DNA of 64,000 nucleotides from an uncultured bacterium (GTDB lineage Bacteria; Bacillota; Clostridia; Christensenellales; CAG-917). This document shows, piece after piece, positions 17,239 through 28,861 of the stretch. Made by a program: the position numbers and the translations under genes. Positions within the stretch are counted from its first letter, which is position 1. The number at the start of each line of letters is the position of its first letter. The stretch is from contig CASQXY010000005.1 in the NCBI GenBank assembly GCA_949432885.1, positions 25,619 through 89,618 on the forward strand, in the 5' to 3' direction. Below the pieces are notes generated by a model. The model searched no databases, was not told the DNA's origin, and was given only the letters and a program-made list of their open reading frames with translations.

Positions 17239-19005
17239 TTACTCTCCCGCAATAAATCCCAAAAGCGCCACGATACCGGGCAGAGCGCTCTTTGTCATAA
17301 CGTCGGAATACGGTTTTGCTTCATCTTCGGATAAGGAAACCTTGACAAACTCCCAATTTGCAACCGTTATAAGCGAATTTCTGATTTCGCCGTCCTCATA
17401 ATATTCCGAGATAAACTCGTTTATATCGGCAGTCGCCTTGGGCATACACTCCGCAACGGTAAGATTGACCTTGCGCAATCCCTCCGTCATATAGTATTCG
17501 TACCATAGCGAGGTCTGTTGCACGGAATAAGGATTCCTAATATCGTAACTCTCGAAGGAACACAGATTCGCAATAAACAGCAAATCCGAAAGCTCCGCTT
17601 TGCCTACCGTATAGTCGTAATATTTCTGTTTAAGTTTTTCAAGATTGGGATTGAGGAAGAGCACGGTCGCAAAAATATCTCCGAGCGACTCGTTGTCGAT
17701 AATATCGGGGTGCGCCGCAAGCAGTCCCGTTTCCTCGTCGAAATCGTAAAGTATGGATTTGATATTGAGCGCGATATCCAGCGCGAAAAGAGGTATGGAT
17801 TTCTGAAAATCGTTCGCGCTGTTTTCTCCCGTAGACGTTATAATAGCTTTCAGCTCCGCCTGCGTATAGATATTCATAACTTCAAGCAGCACCTTGGCTG
17901 TAATTATACTCTTGTTTATACTCTTAGACGTACTGTTGAGGTTCTCGTCGATACTCGCCAGCTTGCGCAGTTCGGCAACGAATCCGTCCGACTTCACCAC
18001 GTTGCCGGCGGCGGTCGCTATGTCGCAAATCACGGGAATAACGTCCACAATCATAAACGCGTATTTGGCATATCTTACAATCTGCGAATACAGCGCGGAG
18101 TTTATCGTATCGTTATCGAATTTCTTTATTATCAAGTCCAGCGCGCGGTTGAGTTTTTCAAGCGATGTATCGTCGAGCGCACTTTTAAGATCGGAGACGT
18201 TCAACAGCAAGGTATCGACCAAAGTTGCGATTTCGCCGTTGCTTATATTATCAAGCGCTCCGCCACCGCCGAAAAGCGCGTCGAGCATATTGTCGCTGAT
18301 TCCCATCACAGACGTGTTGTAGGCAAACGCAGTAAGCTCGCCGAGAGGCTGTCTCGCGTCGGAAAACGCCGCGAGCATTTGCTCTCTTTCGGACGGAGTC
18401 GGGATATAAGTTGACTTTGCGGAGTTAAGATTGCCGATATAATTCCCCAGATTTGAATACGGCTTAACTCCTATTCCCGCAATACTTCGGATTTCGTTCA
18501 TCTCGGCTATCATATAGTCAATCGTACTGCCGCCCTTATCCACCAGCGCGTACAGGATATTATAAACCAAATTGGAAATATCGGTGGGCGTAAATCCGAC
18601 CTGTCTGACGAGCGCAATCAAAAGCTCCGCATTGGCGGAAAAGTTTTTTATAAGCGACTGTCCCTCATCCGATGACATTGCAGTTGCAAGTGCTTTCAGC
18701 TTCGCAGTCTGCAAATCGGACTCCGACAGCGTGTCGCAAACAAGCTGAGTCCAGCCCGCAGTAACCACATATTCGCCCGCGTCGTCCAAGGCGGCGATTT
18801 CCTCGTTTTTGAAATTTCCCTGCCAATGTGATTTTAAGCCGTGCAGAAAAGCCTGCTTGACGTCTGCTACGCTTTGCAGTCTTTCCTGTCTGTCGCGCTC
18901 CGCCGCGCTCGGACCTTTATTACAGGCAAAAAGCGCGCCCGCGCAGGCAAGTAAGACCAAAACCGCAAGCAATGCCGCGGCAATTTTTTGAAACGCGCTT
19001 TTCAT
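17239..19005 (-). CDS. Large lipoprotein of unknown function (588 aa), last gene of the MacB-type ABC operon
   Basis: Lipobox LLACAGALFAC|NKG. I recognise no catalytic motif. It starts 11 nt downstream of the FtsX permease gene. Confidence 0.65.
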   Translation of the reverse strand: MKSAFQKIAAALLAVLVLLACAGALFACNKGPSAAERDRQERLQSVADVKQAFLHGLKSHWQGNFKNEEIAALDDAGEYVVTAGWTQLVCDTLSESDLQTAKLKALATAMSSDEGQSLIKNFSANAELLIALVRQVGFTPTDISNLVYNILYALVDKGGSTIDYMIAEMNEIRSIAGIGVKPYSNLGNYIGNLNSAKSTYIPTPSEREQMLAAFSDARQPLGELTAFAYNTSVMGISDNMLDALFGGGGALDNISNGEIATLVDTLLLNVSDLKSALDDTSLEKLNRALDLIIKKFDNDTINSALYSQIVRYAKYAFMIVDVIPVICDIATAAGNVVKSDGFVAELRKLASIDENLNSTSKSINKSIITAKVLLEVMNIYTQAELKAIITSTGENSANDFQKSIPLFALDIALNIKSILYDFDEETGLLAAHPDIIDNESLGDIFATVLFLNPNLEKLKQKYYDYTVGKAELSDLLFIANLCSFESYDIRNPYSVQQTSLWYEYYMTEGLRKVNLTVAECMPKATADINEFISEYYEDGEIRNSLITVANWEFVKVSLSEDEAKPYSDVMTKSALPGIVALLGFIAGE

Positions 19006-19016
19006 ACGACCTCCTA

Positions 19017-21440
19017 CTAAGCTTTTTTGATAGTATAAGCTTTTTTATAATTTAATGCAACGGGCATCAAGGCATACGCGCCGCCCATAGCAAGTCCGAC
19101 CGCTGCCGCGACCCACGCTTCATACATGAATTCAAAATACAGTCCGAACAGTCTGAGCGCGTGAATAAGACACGATGTCAACAGCACTGACGCCGCAAAG
19201 GATATCGCAAAGGACAGCGCCGCAATCACGGAGTGCTCAAAAATCTCGGAACGCAGCAGCGCGCGCTTGGACATACCGGCATTGAGCAACGCGTTTCTCT
19301 GTTGCTTTGCCGAACCTCTTCCGATAAGAGTCGCCGCCGCCGTAACGGCAAAAATAAATATCGTAACCACGACCGCAAGCGTACCTATCAAATCAAACAC
19401 CGCGTTTGTGCTTTGCATATCCCATTTGTAGGCTGTAAGTACGTCCACCACATAATAATTCTTGTCCGCGAATTTTTCTCGGAGCTCGCTGACTGCGTTC
19501 CCGACGTCTCCCTGCGCGATAACCGCCACCGTATCCGCACCGACGGCAAAGCTATCGGAGATGACTTTTTCGGACATAACGATATAATTGCCAGAAAACA
19601 GCCGATGCTTCAACAGGCCTCCCACGGTAAACTCGCGGCTCCTGCCGTCTATTGTCAGAACGAGAGTATCTCCCTTATCGACGCCGTACAGCTCTTTTAG
19701 CGCGATATCGACAAAAATACACTCTTTATCCTCAAAAAGCGATGACAAAACCTCTTCTTTGGGCGTAATAAACTCAAAGTCTACAAGATTAAGCGCATTC
19801 TTGGAGCCTAGTATATTCATCGTTTTATTAAACCCGTCACCTGCCAGTTCTCCCTGCCTCCAAACTATTTTGGTTGCGAATTTAACTCCGTCGACCGCCT
19901 CGAAATCCGACGCGTCGACAGTAGACTGCACGTTGGTAACAAAGACCATATTTTCAAAATCGCTCAGATACTCCGTAAATATTCCCGTAGTCATAGACCA
20001 CGCCATAAACAGCAACATAGCGACAGTCATTCCGACGCCCATAATAGCGGCGGATTTCGCAAATCGGCCGTCACGCCTGATATTCACGCAAGCGGTTTTA
20101 ACAGCAGGACCCGCAACCTTCCCGACAGGTTTCGCCGTAGCTCTGAGAGCGCACGGCAGTCCCGTTCCGATAGCCGCAAACGTAAGTGCAAGACTAACAA
20201 CCGACATAACCGCCGTAGCTTTCGCAACAGTAAACTCGACGATAACGGAAATGACCGTAAGCGCCAAAAAAACCGGAAAAAGTATATTCAAAGTGCGGAC
20301 GCGCCTCACAGAGTTCAGTTGGTTCTGTCTGATAGTCCCTCTGAACGAGCGCAGTATAGGCAGAAGAGAACTGCCGACTGCCGAAACGAATCCAACAACC
20401 GCGGCGACGGTTAATCTCCATGCGGAAATTCCGAAAGCTATATTAGGCGACAGAGTCAATTTGAGAATGCCGACAAAAATACCCACCGCGAGTCCGCATC
20501 CTATCAGCGAACCCAAAAGCGCAAGAGAGGCGCTCTCCGCGATGAAAATACCCGCTATCTGCTTTCTCGTCGCGCCTATAACGGCATATTTGGAAATGAG
20601 CGAAATTTTCTCCTTTTCGCTCATCATAAACAACAGCACAATGACTGCGATACCGAGCATAAAGACCGCGGCGCCCGCAAGCACGACGGGCGCGCTCAGC
20701 GAGTTGGCTTGCTCCTTGATATATCCGCCGTCTCCCGTCCGTCTTATGAGCATCGTTTTGTAGGCGTCCATCTCGGATATGGTTTTCAAAAGGCCGTCAA
20801 TATCCGCGCCTTCCGCCGCCTTTACGTATATCTCGTTGCAAATACGCCTCGTCGTCACGTTTGCCAAGAGATGAGATATTCCCTCAATCCTACCCACAAA
20901 CAAAAACGGCGCGTCGCTGAGGAAATAGCCGCTCTTATCCGCGACGGCGCAAACGTAAAAGTAGGCGGTCTGTCTGTCCAGCTTCAACTCTATTCTGGAA
21001 CCGACGTCCAAGCCGAATCTCTCCGCGGCGGCAGAGGAAATAACTATATTATCGGAATTGACGTCAAGGGCCCGAGCGTCTCCGCGCAGAATGTCAAATT
21101 TCCGCAGCAACTGCGATTCGCCCTTATCGAAGCCTCTCATCTGCACGTATTCTCCGTCAAGCAGAGCGTACAAAGTAAGCGACGGGCACACAAATTCAAC
21201 ACCGTCGGCGTTGTTCAGCGGCTCGGCGACCTGCGTTATGCGGTCCGAAGAGGAATTGGTGGAAATAACAATATCGCTATTACCGGATACAGCCGTCTCT
21301 GTGGAATAAATATATTCGTACACCGCTCCGCCGAAAGACAGCATAGCAAAAATCATGGCAACAGAAACCGCAACGGCAATGACCGTCGCCGCCGCTCTTA
21401 ACGGCTTTGATAAAATATTTCTCAGCGCCAGTTTCAACAT
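19017..21440 (-). CDS. ABC transporter permease, FtsX/MacB type with two FtsX domains (807 aa)
   Basis: The N-terminal TM segment is followed by a large extracytoplasmic domain and a 3-TM bundle, and this arrangement is duplicated. It is adjacent to a MacB/LolD-like ATPase. Confidence 0.85.
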   Translation of the reverse strand: MLKLALRNILSKPLRAAATVIAVAVSVAMIFAMLSFGGAVYEYIYSTETAVSGNSDIVISTNSSSDRITQVAEPLNNADGVEFVCPSLTLYALLDGEYVQMRGFDKGESQLLRKFDILRGDARALDVNSDNIVISSAAAERFGLDVGSRIELKLDRQTAYFYVCAVADKSGYFLSDAPFLFVGRIEGISHLLANVTTRRICNEIYVKAAEGADIDGLLKTISEMDAYKTMLIRRTGDGGYIKEQANSLSAPVVLAGAAVFMLGIAVIVLLFMMSEKEKISLISKYAVIGATRKQIAGIFIAESASLALLGSLIGCGLAVGIFVGILKLTLSPNIAFGISAWRLTVAAVVGFVSAVGSSLLPILRSFRGTIRQNQLNSVRRVRTLNILFPVFLALTVISVIVEFTVAKATAVMSVVSLALTFAAIGTGLPCALRATAKPVGKVAGPAVKTACVNIRRDGRFAKSAAIMGVGMTVAMLLFMAWSMTTGIFTEYLSDFENMVFVTNVQSTVDASDFEAVDGVKFATKIVWRQGELAGDGFNKTMNILGSKNALNLVDFEFITPKEEVLSSLFEDKECIFVDIALKELYGVDKGDTLVLTIDGRSREFTVGGLLKHRLFSGNYIVMSEKVISDSFAVGADTVAVIAQGDVGNAVSELREKFADKNYYVVDVLTAYKWDMQSTNAVFDLIGTLAVVVTIFIFAVTAAATLIGRGSAKQQRNALLNAGMSKRALLRSEIFEHSVIAALSFAISFAASVLLTSCLIHALRLFGLYFEFMYEAWVAAAVGLAMGGAYALMPVALNYKKAYTIKKA

Positions 21441-21465
21441 AATCGACCCGCAGTAAAAAGCAAAG

Positions 21466-22125
21466 CTACTCCATTCTCACGATTCTGCTCGCATATTGCG
21501 CGTGCGCCTCGGAGTGCGTGACCATAACGAGAGCAACACCCTTATTCCTGTTTATATCAGCTAGCAGTTCCATAACCTGCCGTCCCCTCTCCTTGTCCAG
21601 ACTGCCCGTGGGCTCGTCAAGGAAAATCACCTTAGGAGAGGTGACAAGCGCTCTTGCGATAGCCGCGCGCTGCTGCTCTCCTCCGCTGAGCTGCCTCGGA
21701 AAGTTCTTCTGTCTGTCCGCAAGACCAAGATACTCCAAAATCTCGCTCACCCTATCTTTATACTCGCTCTCCTTGCGCTTATCGAGCATAAGAGGAAGAG
21801 TGACGTTTTCGTATACGGTCAGATTGGGCACGAGGTTGTCAAACTGATAAACAAAGGAAAAATCTCTCCTTCTCATAGCCGCAAGCGCTTCGTCGGAAAT
21901 CTCCGATATCTTCTGCCCGAGCAGTTCGACAGAACCGCTCGTCGGCTTGTCGATGCCTGCAAGGATATACAAAAGCGTCGATTTTCCAGAACCCGACTCG
22001 CCCAATATCGCAACGAACTCGCCCTCTTCCAAGGTGAAATCAACGCCCTTCAAAACCTCGGTGCTGACTTCCCCCGTAAGGAACGATTTTTTTATATTTT
22101 CCGCTTTAAGCACCACTTCCGGCAT
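21466..22125 (-). CDS. ABC transporter ATP-binding protein (MacB/LolD-like)
   Basis: GESGSGKSTLL, LSGGEQQRAAIARAL and IFLDEPTGSLD. Confidence 0.9.
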   Translation of the reverse strand: MPEVVLKAENIKKSFLTGEVSTEVLKGVDFTLEEGEFVAILGESGSGKSTLLYILAGIDKPTSGSVELLGQKISEISDEALAAMRRRDFSFVYQFDNLVPNLTVYENVTLPLMLDKRKESEYKDRVSEILEYLGLADRQKNFPRQLSGGEQQRAAIARALVTSPKVIFLDEPTGSLDKERGRQVMELLADINRNKGVALVMVTHSEAHAQYASRIVRME

Positions 22126-22273
22126 AAGCCCTCCGCAACCGCACGTTTCGCAACATCACGAAAGTCGGTATTATACGAAATATATTTGATTATACCACAC
22201 GCGCCTTGCATATACAACATCAAATATCTTGCCCGCGATTGCTTTAATGATGTCCGTATGCTATACTTTTTAT

Positions 22274-22867
22274 ATGAAAACTCCTTTGTACGGCACAGTG
22301 GATTATGAAATCGAAAGGTCGCGCACGACGGGCGTAAAGCCCCGTCTGCTTCTGCACGCGTGTTGCGGACCCTGCGCGGCAGGCACGCTATCTAATATCG
22401 CGGACCATTTTGATATTACGATTTTCTTCTATAACCCCAACATTATGCCGAAAGAGGAGTTTAACGTCAGATTAGACGCACTTAAACAGGTGGTTTCGCA
22501 TTTTAAAGGCATAAAGCTGATAGTTCCTAATCAAAGCGACGACGAATATCTGCAAAAGATAACGGGAATGGAAAATCTTCCCGAAGGAGGCGCCAGATGC
22601 AAGATATGCTTTAATCTGCGTCTGAATAAAACCGCCGAATTTCTTGCGGAGCACTCCGACGAATTTGACTTTTTCGCAACCACGCTGACTGTAAGCCCTA
22701 TGAAAGACGCGGCGCTCATCAATGAAATCGGAAACCTACTTGCAAATGCGCACGGAGTGAAATATCTCTCCTCCGATTTCAAAAAACGCGACGGCTATCT
22801 CCACTCCGTCAACATGTGCAAAGAGTGGGAAATATATCGGCAGCATTATTGCGGCTGTATGCTATAA
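22274..22867 (+). CDS. queH: Epoxyqueuosine reductase QueH (DUF208)
   Basis: LLLHACCGPCA, later CxxC, and YCGC near the C-terminus. The start is set at the MKTPLYG ATG (22274). Confidence 0.85.
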   Translation: MKTPLYGTVDYEIERSRTTGVKPRLLLHACCGPCAAGTLSNIADHFDITIFFYNPNIMPKEEFNVRLDALKQVVSHFKGIKLIVPNQSDDEYLQKITGMENLPEGGARCKICFNLRLNKTAEFLAEHSDEFDFFATTLTVSPMKDAALINEIGNLLANAHGVKYLSSDFKKRDGYLHSVNMCKEWEIYRQHYCGCML

Positions 22868-22890
22868 ATCATCTCGCAATCATTTCCGAC

Positions 22891-22925
22891 AAAAAAATGC
22901 GGCAGTCTTATTGCCGCATTTTAAG
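22891..22925. terminator. Bidirectional terminator between the convergent queH and NYN genes
   Basis: AAAAAA-ATGCGGCA-gtcttat-TGCCGCAT-TTTA. Confidence 0.65.
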
Positions 22926-22986
22926 TAAAACCGTTTATAGGAAAATCTCGCAAACATATAATTTACCAGCTTCCGCCTTGCTCGTT

Positions 22987-23763
22987 TCACTTCTTATTTC
23001 TGATGTAAAACACCTGCCCCGACTTTGCGTCGCCCTCGCCCTCCTGAAACGCTTTCACCTCGAAATCGAGCGCTTTAAGCAGGTTAGTCATTTTCTTATG
23101 ACCGTAGTTTCTGGTATCGAAATCGGAATACTTGTTTTGAAGCATAAGTCCCACAAGGCTTACCAGCACCCATCCGTCATCATCTGATTTTTCGTCTATT
23201 ATCTTGGTTATCGCTTTTTTGATTTCGTCGAGCGGCGTTTTGGAATCCTGCTCCTTCTCCTTCTTTGCGGCAGTCTTGCCGACCTTCTTAGGTTTTGCTT
23301 CGTTAGAGTCCGTCTCGTTTATCAAATCCACAAACTTAAACTTATTACATGCCGCGACAAAGGCTTTGGGGGTCTGTTGCTTTCCCATACCTATGACGTC
23401 CTTGCCCGATTCGCGCAATCTCGACGCAAGCTTTGTAAAATCGCTATCCGACGACACTAGACAGAAACCGTCCACGTCGCCGGTATACAGTATATCCATA
23501 GCGTCGATAATCATAGCGGAATCCGTCGAATTTTTGCCTTTCGTGTACGAATATTGTTGAATAGGCGAAATGGAATATTCAAGCAGTATTTCCTTCATAG
23601 ATTTGAGGTTTGGGCTTGTCCAATCTCCGTAAATTCTCTTATATGTTATAATACCCTCGTCCGTCATCTCGTCGAAAACGGTCTTGATATAATCCTTACT
23701 ATTGTTATCCGCGTCAATCAGAACAGCAAATTTTTTATCTCCGTATTTTTTATTATTATACAT
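22987..23763 (-). CDS. NYN (LabA-like PIN-fold) domain protein with C-terminal OST-HTH/LOTUS domain
   Basis: FAVLIDADN...YGDW...DSAMIIDAMD...FCLVSSDSDFTKLASRLRESGK, with a C-terminal GWVLVSLVGLMLQNKYSDFDTRNYGHKKMTNLLKAL. The ATG at 23763 has GGAGG upstream. Confidence 0.8.
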   Translation of the reverse strand: MYNNKKYGDKKFAVLIDADNNSKDYIKTVFDEMTDEGIITYKRIYGDWTSPNLKSMKEILLEYSISPIQQYSYTKGKNSTDSAMIIDAMDILYTGDVDGFCLVSSDSDFTKLASRLRESGKDVIGMGKQQTPKAFVAACNKFKFVDLINETDSNEAKPKKVGKTAAKKEKEQDSKTPLDEIKKAITKIIDEKSDDDGWVLVSLVGLMLQNKYSDFDTRNYGHKKMTNLLKALDFEVKAFQEGEGDAKSGQVFYIRNKK

Positions 23764-23801
23764 AATCCTCCAAAACAAATGCCGCCTTATAGCGACATTT
23801 A

Positions 23802-24437
23802 TCAGATATCTTCCGATTGAAGCATGGATTTGACTTTCATAAGTCTTGTCGTGGCGCCTCTCTCGTTTTCGTCGAGCTTCATTGTGATATACTTTATCGT
23901 CTCTTCGAGCTGAGGTATCATAACGTACTCCAACGCGTTTACGCGCCTGCGGTTGCGCTCGATTTCGTCCGCCAGCATATTGCAGGTCTTTTCCACCTCG
24001 GCAAGTTTAAGCAGTTTGGGAAGCAGAGCGGAAAGCGAAGCAACAGAACTGTCCAGTTCGCTCGTGACAGTAGCGAACGAATACGGATAAAGCTCCTGCC
24101 CCTCGCCCTTCGTAATTTCAAAAACGGGCACGTCTACGCTCATGATATTCTGCGACGATACTTCCAGTTGAACCTTGGTGCCGGGCAAAGCTATGGCCTC
24201 CTCGATAACCGTGTCCGACGAAACCGCGCGAGCAAGCATAAAAGTTTTGAGAGAGGCGGACAGCTCGTCCTCCACCTCCTCTCTAAGCCTTTTGTTTTCG
24301 CGGATATAGAGCATAAATCTGCGTATCATTTCGTCCGACTTATCTTTAAGCAGTTTATGCCCGCGAGTGGCTGTTTTAAGGCGGGTTTTAAGCCGTCTCA
24401 ATTCCATTCTCGTCGGATTTACGTTGAGCTTCGCCAT
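23802..24437 (-). CDS. ntpD: V-type ATP synthase subunit D
   Basis: [33 protein letters not shown] is a typical V/A-type D subunit N-terminus. Confidence 0.92.
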   Translation of the reverse strand: MAKLNVNPTRMELRRLKTRLKTATRGHKLLKDKSDEMIRRFMLYIRENKRLREEVEDELSASLKTFMLARAVSSDTVIEEAIALPGTKVQLEVSSQNIMSVDVPVFEITKGEGQELYPYSFATVTSELDSSVASLSALLPKLLKLAEVEKTCNMLADEIERNRRRVNALEYVMIPQLEETIKYITMKLDENERGATTRLMKVKSMLQSEDI

Positions 24438-24438
24438 A

Positions 24439-25818
24439 TCAGCCCTCTTTTTTATCGAGGTACTTCTCGATATATTCGTCCCTTATTCGTTTCAGCTCGT
24501 TTCTCGGCAGAATTCTGAGCAGATTCCAGCCGAGTTCCAGGGTTTCTTCGATTGTACGGTTCGTCTCGAAGCCCTGCGAAACATATTGCTTTTCAAACTC
24601 GTCGGCAAACTCGGCAAACTTTTTATCGGTTTCCGTAAGCGCCGCGTCGCCGAGGATAGAGCTCAGCTCTTTCGCCTCTTTTCCCTGCGCATACGCGCTG
24701 AACAGTTGGTTCATCGTATCCGCATGGTCCTCTCTCGTCTTGCCTTTTCCGATACCTTTATCTTTAAGCCTTGACAGCGAAGGCATAACGTCGATAGGCG
24801 GAACTATTCCCTTTTTATACAGCTCGCGCGATATAATAATCTGACCTTCCGTAATATATCCCGTAAGGTCGGGTATAGGATGTGTTTTGTCGTCCTCGGG
24901 CATACTCAAAATCGGAATCTGCGTAATCGAACCTTTCTTTCCCACGATTCTTCCCGCGCGCTCGTACATGCCTGCAAGGTCGGTATACATATATCCGGGA
25001 TATCCTCTTCTGCCGGGCACTTCCTTTCTTGCCGCCGACACCTCGCGCAGAGCCTCCGCATAATTTGTGATATCGGTGGTTATAACAAGCACGTGCATGT
25101 CCTTTTCAAACGCGAGGTACTCCGCTGCGGTGAGCGCCATACGCGGAGTGGAGATACGTTCGACAGCAGGGTCGTTCGCAAGATTTATAAACATAACCGC
25201 GCGCTCTATCGCGCCGGTCTTTCTAAAATCGTTTATAAAGAAATCGGCTTCCTCGAAAGTTATGCCGACAGCGGCAAACACGACGGCAAACTTTGCGTCG
25301 CTGCCGAGGACCTTCGCCTGTCTCGCAATCTGCGCGGCAAGCTCCGCGTGAGGCATTCCCGACATAGAGAACACGGGCAGCTTCTGACCGCGCACAAGTG
25401 TATTAAGTCCGTCAATCGCGCTTATGCCAGTTTGTATAAACTCGTCGGGATAGTCTCTTGCGACGGGGTTTATGGGCATGCCGTTGATATCCATCTTTTT
25501 GTCGGGAATAATAGGAGCGCCTCCGTCTCTGGGTCTTCCCATGCCGTCGAAAACTCTTCCCAGCATATCCTCGCTCACGCCGAGCTCGATGCCGTGTCCA
25601 AGGAATCTCGCCTTAGACGATGACATCTTGATTCCCTGCGACGGCTCGAACAGCTGAACAAGCGCCTTATCTCTGTTGACTTCGAGCACCTTTCCGCTGC
25701 GCACCTCTCCGTTTGCCTGCTTAATTTCGACAAGCTCGTTGTAGGTCACGCCTTCAACGCCGTCGACAAGCATAAGCGGTCCGACAATTTCTCTTATGGT
25801 ATTGTATTCTTTAAGCAT
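24439..25818 (-). CDS. ntpB: V-type ATP synthase subunit B
   Basis: Full-length match to the V/A-type B pattern: [23 protein letters not shown]. Confidence 0.95.
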   Translation of the reverse strand: MLKEYNTIREIVGPLMLVDGVEGVTYNELVEIKQANGEVRSGKVLEVNRDKALVQLFEPSQGIKMSSSKARFLGHGIELGVSEDMLGRVFDGMGRPRDGGAPIIPDKKMDINGMPINPVARDYPDEFIQTGISAIDGLNTLVRGQKLPVFSMSGMPHAELAAQIARQAKVLGSDAKFAVVFAAVGITFEEADFFINDFRKTGAIERAVMFINLANDPAVERISTPRMALTAAEYLAFEKDMHVLVITTDITNYAEALREVSAARKEVPGRRGYPGYMYTDLAGMYERAGRIVGKKGSITQIPILSMPEDDKTHPIPDLTGYITEGQIIISRELYKKGIVPPIDVMPSLSRLKDKGIGKGKTREDHADTMNQLFSAYAQGKEAKELSSILGDAALTETDKKFAEFADEFEKQYVSQGFETNRTIEETLELGWNLLRILPRNELKRIRDEYIEKYLDKKEG

Positions 25819-27602
25819 CAGAACTCCTCCCCGTCTCCGACAAGCTCGGACATTTCTCTCTTGATTTCGGCAAGAATATCGTCGAATTTCTCAGCTTCCG
25901 TTTCGGGAATATACTTCGCTCTGCCTATACGTTCGCGTACGGACAGTTCGAGAATATCTTCTATATCTACGTTCTTCCCAAGGGCTTCGCCTGCCAGTCT
26001 GTCGAAGGTGAGTATGAGCCTCATCATATACTGCTGCTTAGCAAGAGACGTGTATGTATCCACCTCGTGGAAAGCGTTTTGGTGCAGATAGTCTTCTCTT
26101 ATCGACTTTGCCGTCTCCATGGTAAGCCTGTTGGCGGGAGAGAGCGCGTCCATACCGACGAGCCGAACTATTTCGTCCAACTGCGCCTCCTCCTGCAATA
26201 TGCGCATACACGCTTTGCGCAGAGACACCCATTCCTCTCCTACGTTATCGTTATACCAGTCGCCGAGCCTGTCCGCATAAAGCGAATAGCTCGAAATCCA
26301 ATCCACAGCGGGGAAATGACGCTTATACGCAAGCGCCGCGCTAAGTCCCCAAAATACCTTGACTATGCGAAGCGTAGCCTGCGCTACGGGTTCGGACAAA
26401 TCGCCTCCGGGAGGCGACACCGCGCCTATCGCGGTTATGGACCCTGTCCTATCGCCGTCTCCGAGCACCTTCACAACGCCCGCTCTTTCATAAAATTCCG
26501 CAAGGCGCGAGCTGAGGTAAGCGGGATATCCTTCCTCGCCGGGCATCTCTTCGAGACGTCCCGACATTTCTCTAAGCGCCTCCGCCCAACGCGAGGTGGA
26601 GTCCGCCATGATAGCCACAGAATATCCCATATCTCTGAAATATTCCGCAATAGTGATACCTGTATAAATGGAAGCCTCTCGCGCCGCGACGGGCATATCC
26701 GAAGTATTTGCAATAAGCACCGTCCTCTTCATAAGCGGCTGTCCGCTTCTTGGGTCGATAAGTGCGGGGAATTCGTTGAGAACGTCCGTCATCTCGTTGC
26801 CGCGCTCACCGCAGCCGACGTACACGATGATATCCGCGTCCGCCCATTTGGCAAGCTGGTGCTGTACGACGGTCTTTCCGCTTCCGAAAGGACCCGGGAC
26901 CGCCGCAACGCCGCCCTTTGCGATTGGAAACAGCGTGTCAATGACTCTCTGCCCCGTAACGAGCGGAGTAAGCGGAGACAGCTTCTCCTTATAAGGTCTG
27001 CCCTTACGGACGGGCCATTTTTGAAGCATGGTTATATTCTTATCGCCGCTTTCGGTTTTTACGACCGCAATCGTATTGTCCACCGTAAACATGCCCGAAG
27101 AGATATCCTTAATCACGCCGCTTATTCCGTACGGAATCATTATCTTATGCGAAATCAATACGTTTTCCTGCACCGTACCTATCACACAGCCGCCGCTTAC
27201 GCTCGCGCCCTTCTCGATACATGGCACAAACTCCCACTGCTTTTCATGGTCTACGGCAGGAAGATAAACTCCTCTTTCGATACGGTCGCCTGCAATTTCT
27301 TTCAGCTTTGCAAGCGGACGCTGTATTCCGTCGTAAATTCCCTCAATAAGTCCGGGGGCGAGCTCCACCGACAGCGGTTCACCCGTAGAAACGACGTCCT
27401 CGTCGGGTCCCAGTCCGCTTGTCTCCTCATAAACCTGAATGGAAGCGCGGTCGCCTCTAAGTTCTATAATTTCGCCGATTAGCTGTTTGTCGCTGACCTT
27501 AACGACGTCGTACATTTTGCTATCGGCCATACCTTCCGCAACGATGAGCGGTCCGGATACTTTTACGATTTTTCCAGTTTCCATATCAATCCTCTTTGCC
27601 AA
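25818..27602 (-). CDS. ntpA: V-type ATP synthase catalytic subunit A
   Basis: Walker [10 protein letters not shown], the non-homologous insert region, and [10 protein letters not shown]. Confidence 0.96.
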   Translation of the reverse strand: MAKRIDMETGKIVKVSGPLIVAEGMADSKMYDVVKVSDKQLIGEIIELRGDRASIQVYEETSGLGPDEDVVSTGEPLSVELAPGLIEGIYDGIQRPLAKLKEIAGDRIERGVYLPAVDHEKQWEFVPCIEKGASVSGGCVIGTVQENVLISHKIMIPYGISGVIKDISSGMFTVDNTIAVVKTESGDKNITMLQKWPVRKGRPYKEKLSPLTPLVTGQRVIDTLFPIAKGGVAAVPGPFGSGKTVVQHQLAKWADADIIVYVGCGERGNEMTDVLNEFPALIDPRSGQPLMKRTVLIANTSDMPVAAREASIYTGITIAEYFRDMGYSVAIMADSTSRWAEALREMSGRLEEMPGEEGYPAYLSSRLAEFYERAGVVKVLGDGDRTGSITAIGAVSPPGGDLSEPVAQATLRIVKVFWGLSAALAYKRHFPAVDWISSYSLYADRLGDWYNDNVGEEWVSLRKACMRILQEEAQLDEIVRLVGMDALSPANRLTMETAKSIREDYLHQNAFHEVDTYTSLAKQQYMMRLILTFDRLAGEALGKNVDIEDILELSVRERIGRAKYIPETEAEKFDDILAEIKREMSELVGDGEEF

Positions 27603-27912
27603 ACAGCACGTCCGCGCCGATTGCCTTTTCCACGTTGGCGTTTATACCTTTGAGTCCGAGGTGCATATTGCCCTCCGCCGACGGGATAGGTACAATGACG
27701 GGATACGCGCGCGATTTATATCTTTTTATATACGTCTCCGCTTGAATCGCCACTTTTTCGGTAACGAATATGACGGAATACTTCCTTGCAAGGGTATGCA
27801 CCGTTTCCCGCGCTTCGATTTCGCCCTCAACGGGAAACACGTCGACGCCTATCGCTTTAAACGCCAACACGGAATCCTTATCTCCGACAACCGCGACAGT
27901 ACCCTCACGCAT
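27586..27912 (-). CDS. V-type ATP synthase subunit F
   Basis: [26 protein letters not shown] is a typical F-subunit N-terminus. I prefer the ATG at 27912 over the GTG at 27921. Confidence 0.85.
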   Translation of the reverse strand: MREGTVAVVGDKDSVLAFKAIGVDVFPVEGEIEARETVHTLARKYSVIFVTEKVAIQAETYIKRYKSRAYPVIVPIPSAEGNMHLGLKGINANVEKAIGADVLFGKED

Positions 27913-28861
27913 AAATTTCACGCATCCTTTCTTTGATTTGAGCCTGTTCGACGCCGTTTTTTATGCCAGCGACGGACAGCTTCGCCACCAATATCTGCGT
28001 AACCTTCGTCAGATAAAACGCAACTATCGGCGCAACGCCGAACAAGTCGTTTTTGTTATCCTTCCACATTTTGAGCAGAGCGTTGTCCCACTCCGCCTCA
28101 AATGCCACAAGATTGCCGTCTTCCAAGGCTTTCTCTACGGACTGAGCGTAAACGGTGCCCTTGCATTTCTCTTTGAGAGCCTCCGCGCCCGATTCGTATA
28201 TGAGCGGCAAATCCGAAAGCTCGCCGCCTGCGATAAAACCATCTTCAAAATAGTTTTTCGGAAGTCCGAGCCGACAACATCTCAAAAACGCGCCGATATT
28301 CATAACGTCGACCTTACGCTCGAAATATTCGCGCATAATCTTTCCGCCCTTCTTAATCGAAACAAATACGTACTTAAACAAAGCCTTATCCGCAACTGCG
28401 TCCGCATTATGCGGCGAAGTCCCGTTCAGCGCTTTAAGCTCCGTTATCGCTTCGGCGAACGGTTCGGGAATATCGCGCGCGGTTTCCTGTTCCAGCCAAC
28501 ACTTTATCTCGCCAGCCTCATAAAGACCGTTCGGCGCGGTTGCGGGTTCTTTGCCCGTAATCATGCTTTTATACATCAATTTGAGGTTGAGAAAGTCGTA
28601 TTGCGCAAGAAACGCGTTAAGCGCGCCGTCCACGTTAAACTCGCGCAAAAACGCGGCGGCTCTTTCCTCTTCATAGGCGAACAACGCGTCAAAGTCGCCT
28701 TCCTTCACGGAAGCCCCCGCGCCGAAGCCCATATCGAGCAACGCTCTGTACGCCTGTTCCGCATTGGTACATTCAAGCAGTCTCGCAACCGACTGCGCGG
28801 TAAACAGCGAAGACTCCATACACTTGACTCTGGCGTTTTGATATACGAACTTATCGGACAT
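27905..28861 (-). CDS. ntpC: V-type ATP synthase subunit C (d-type)
   Basis: Its size (318 aa), helical composition and operon position between E and F fit subunit C. Confidence 0.8.
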   Translation of the reverse strand: MSDKFVYQNARVKCMESSLFTAQSVARLLECTNAEQAYRALLDMGFGAGASVKEGDFDALFAYEEERAAAFLREFNVDGALNAFLAQYDFLNLKLMYKSMITGKEPATAPNGLYEAGEIKCWLEQETARDIPEPFAEAITELKALNGTSPHNADAVADKALFKYVFVSIKKGGKIMREYFERKVDVMNIGAFLRCCRLGLPKNYFEDGFIAGGELSDLPLIYESGAEALKEKCKGTVYAQSVEKALEDGNLVAFEAEWDNALLKMWKDNKNDLFGVAPIVAFYLTKVTQILVAKLSVAGIKNGVEQAQIKERMREIYA

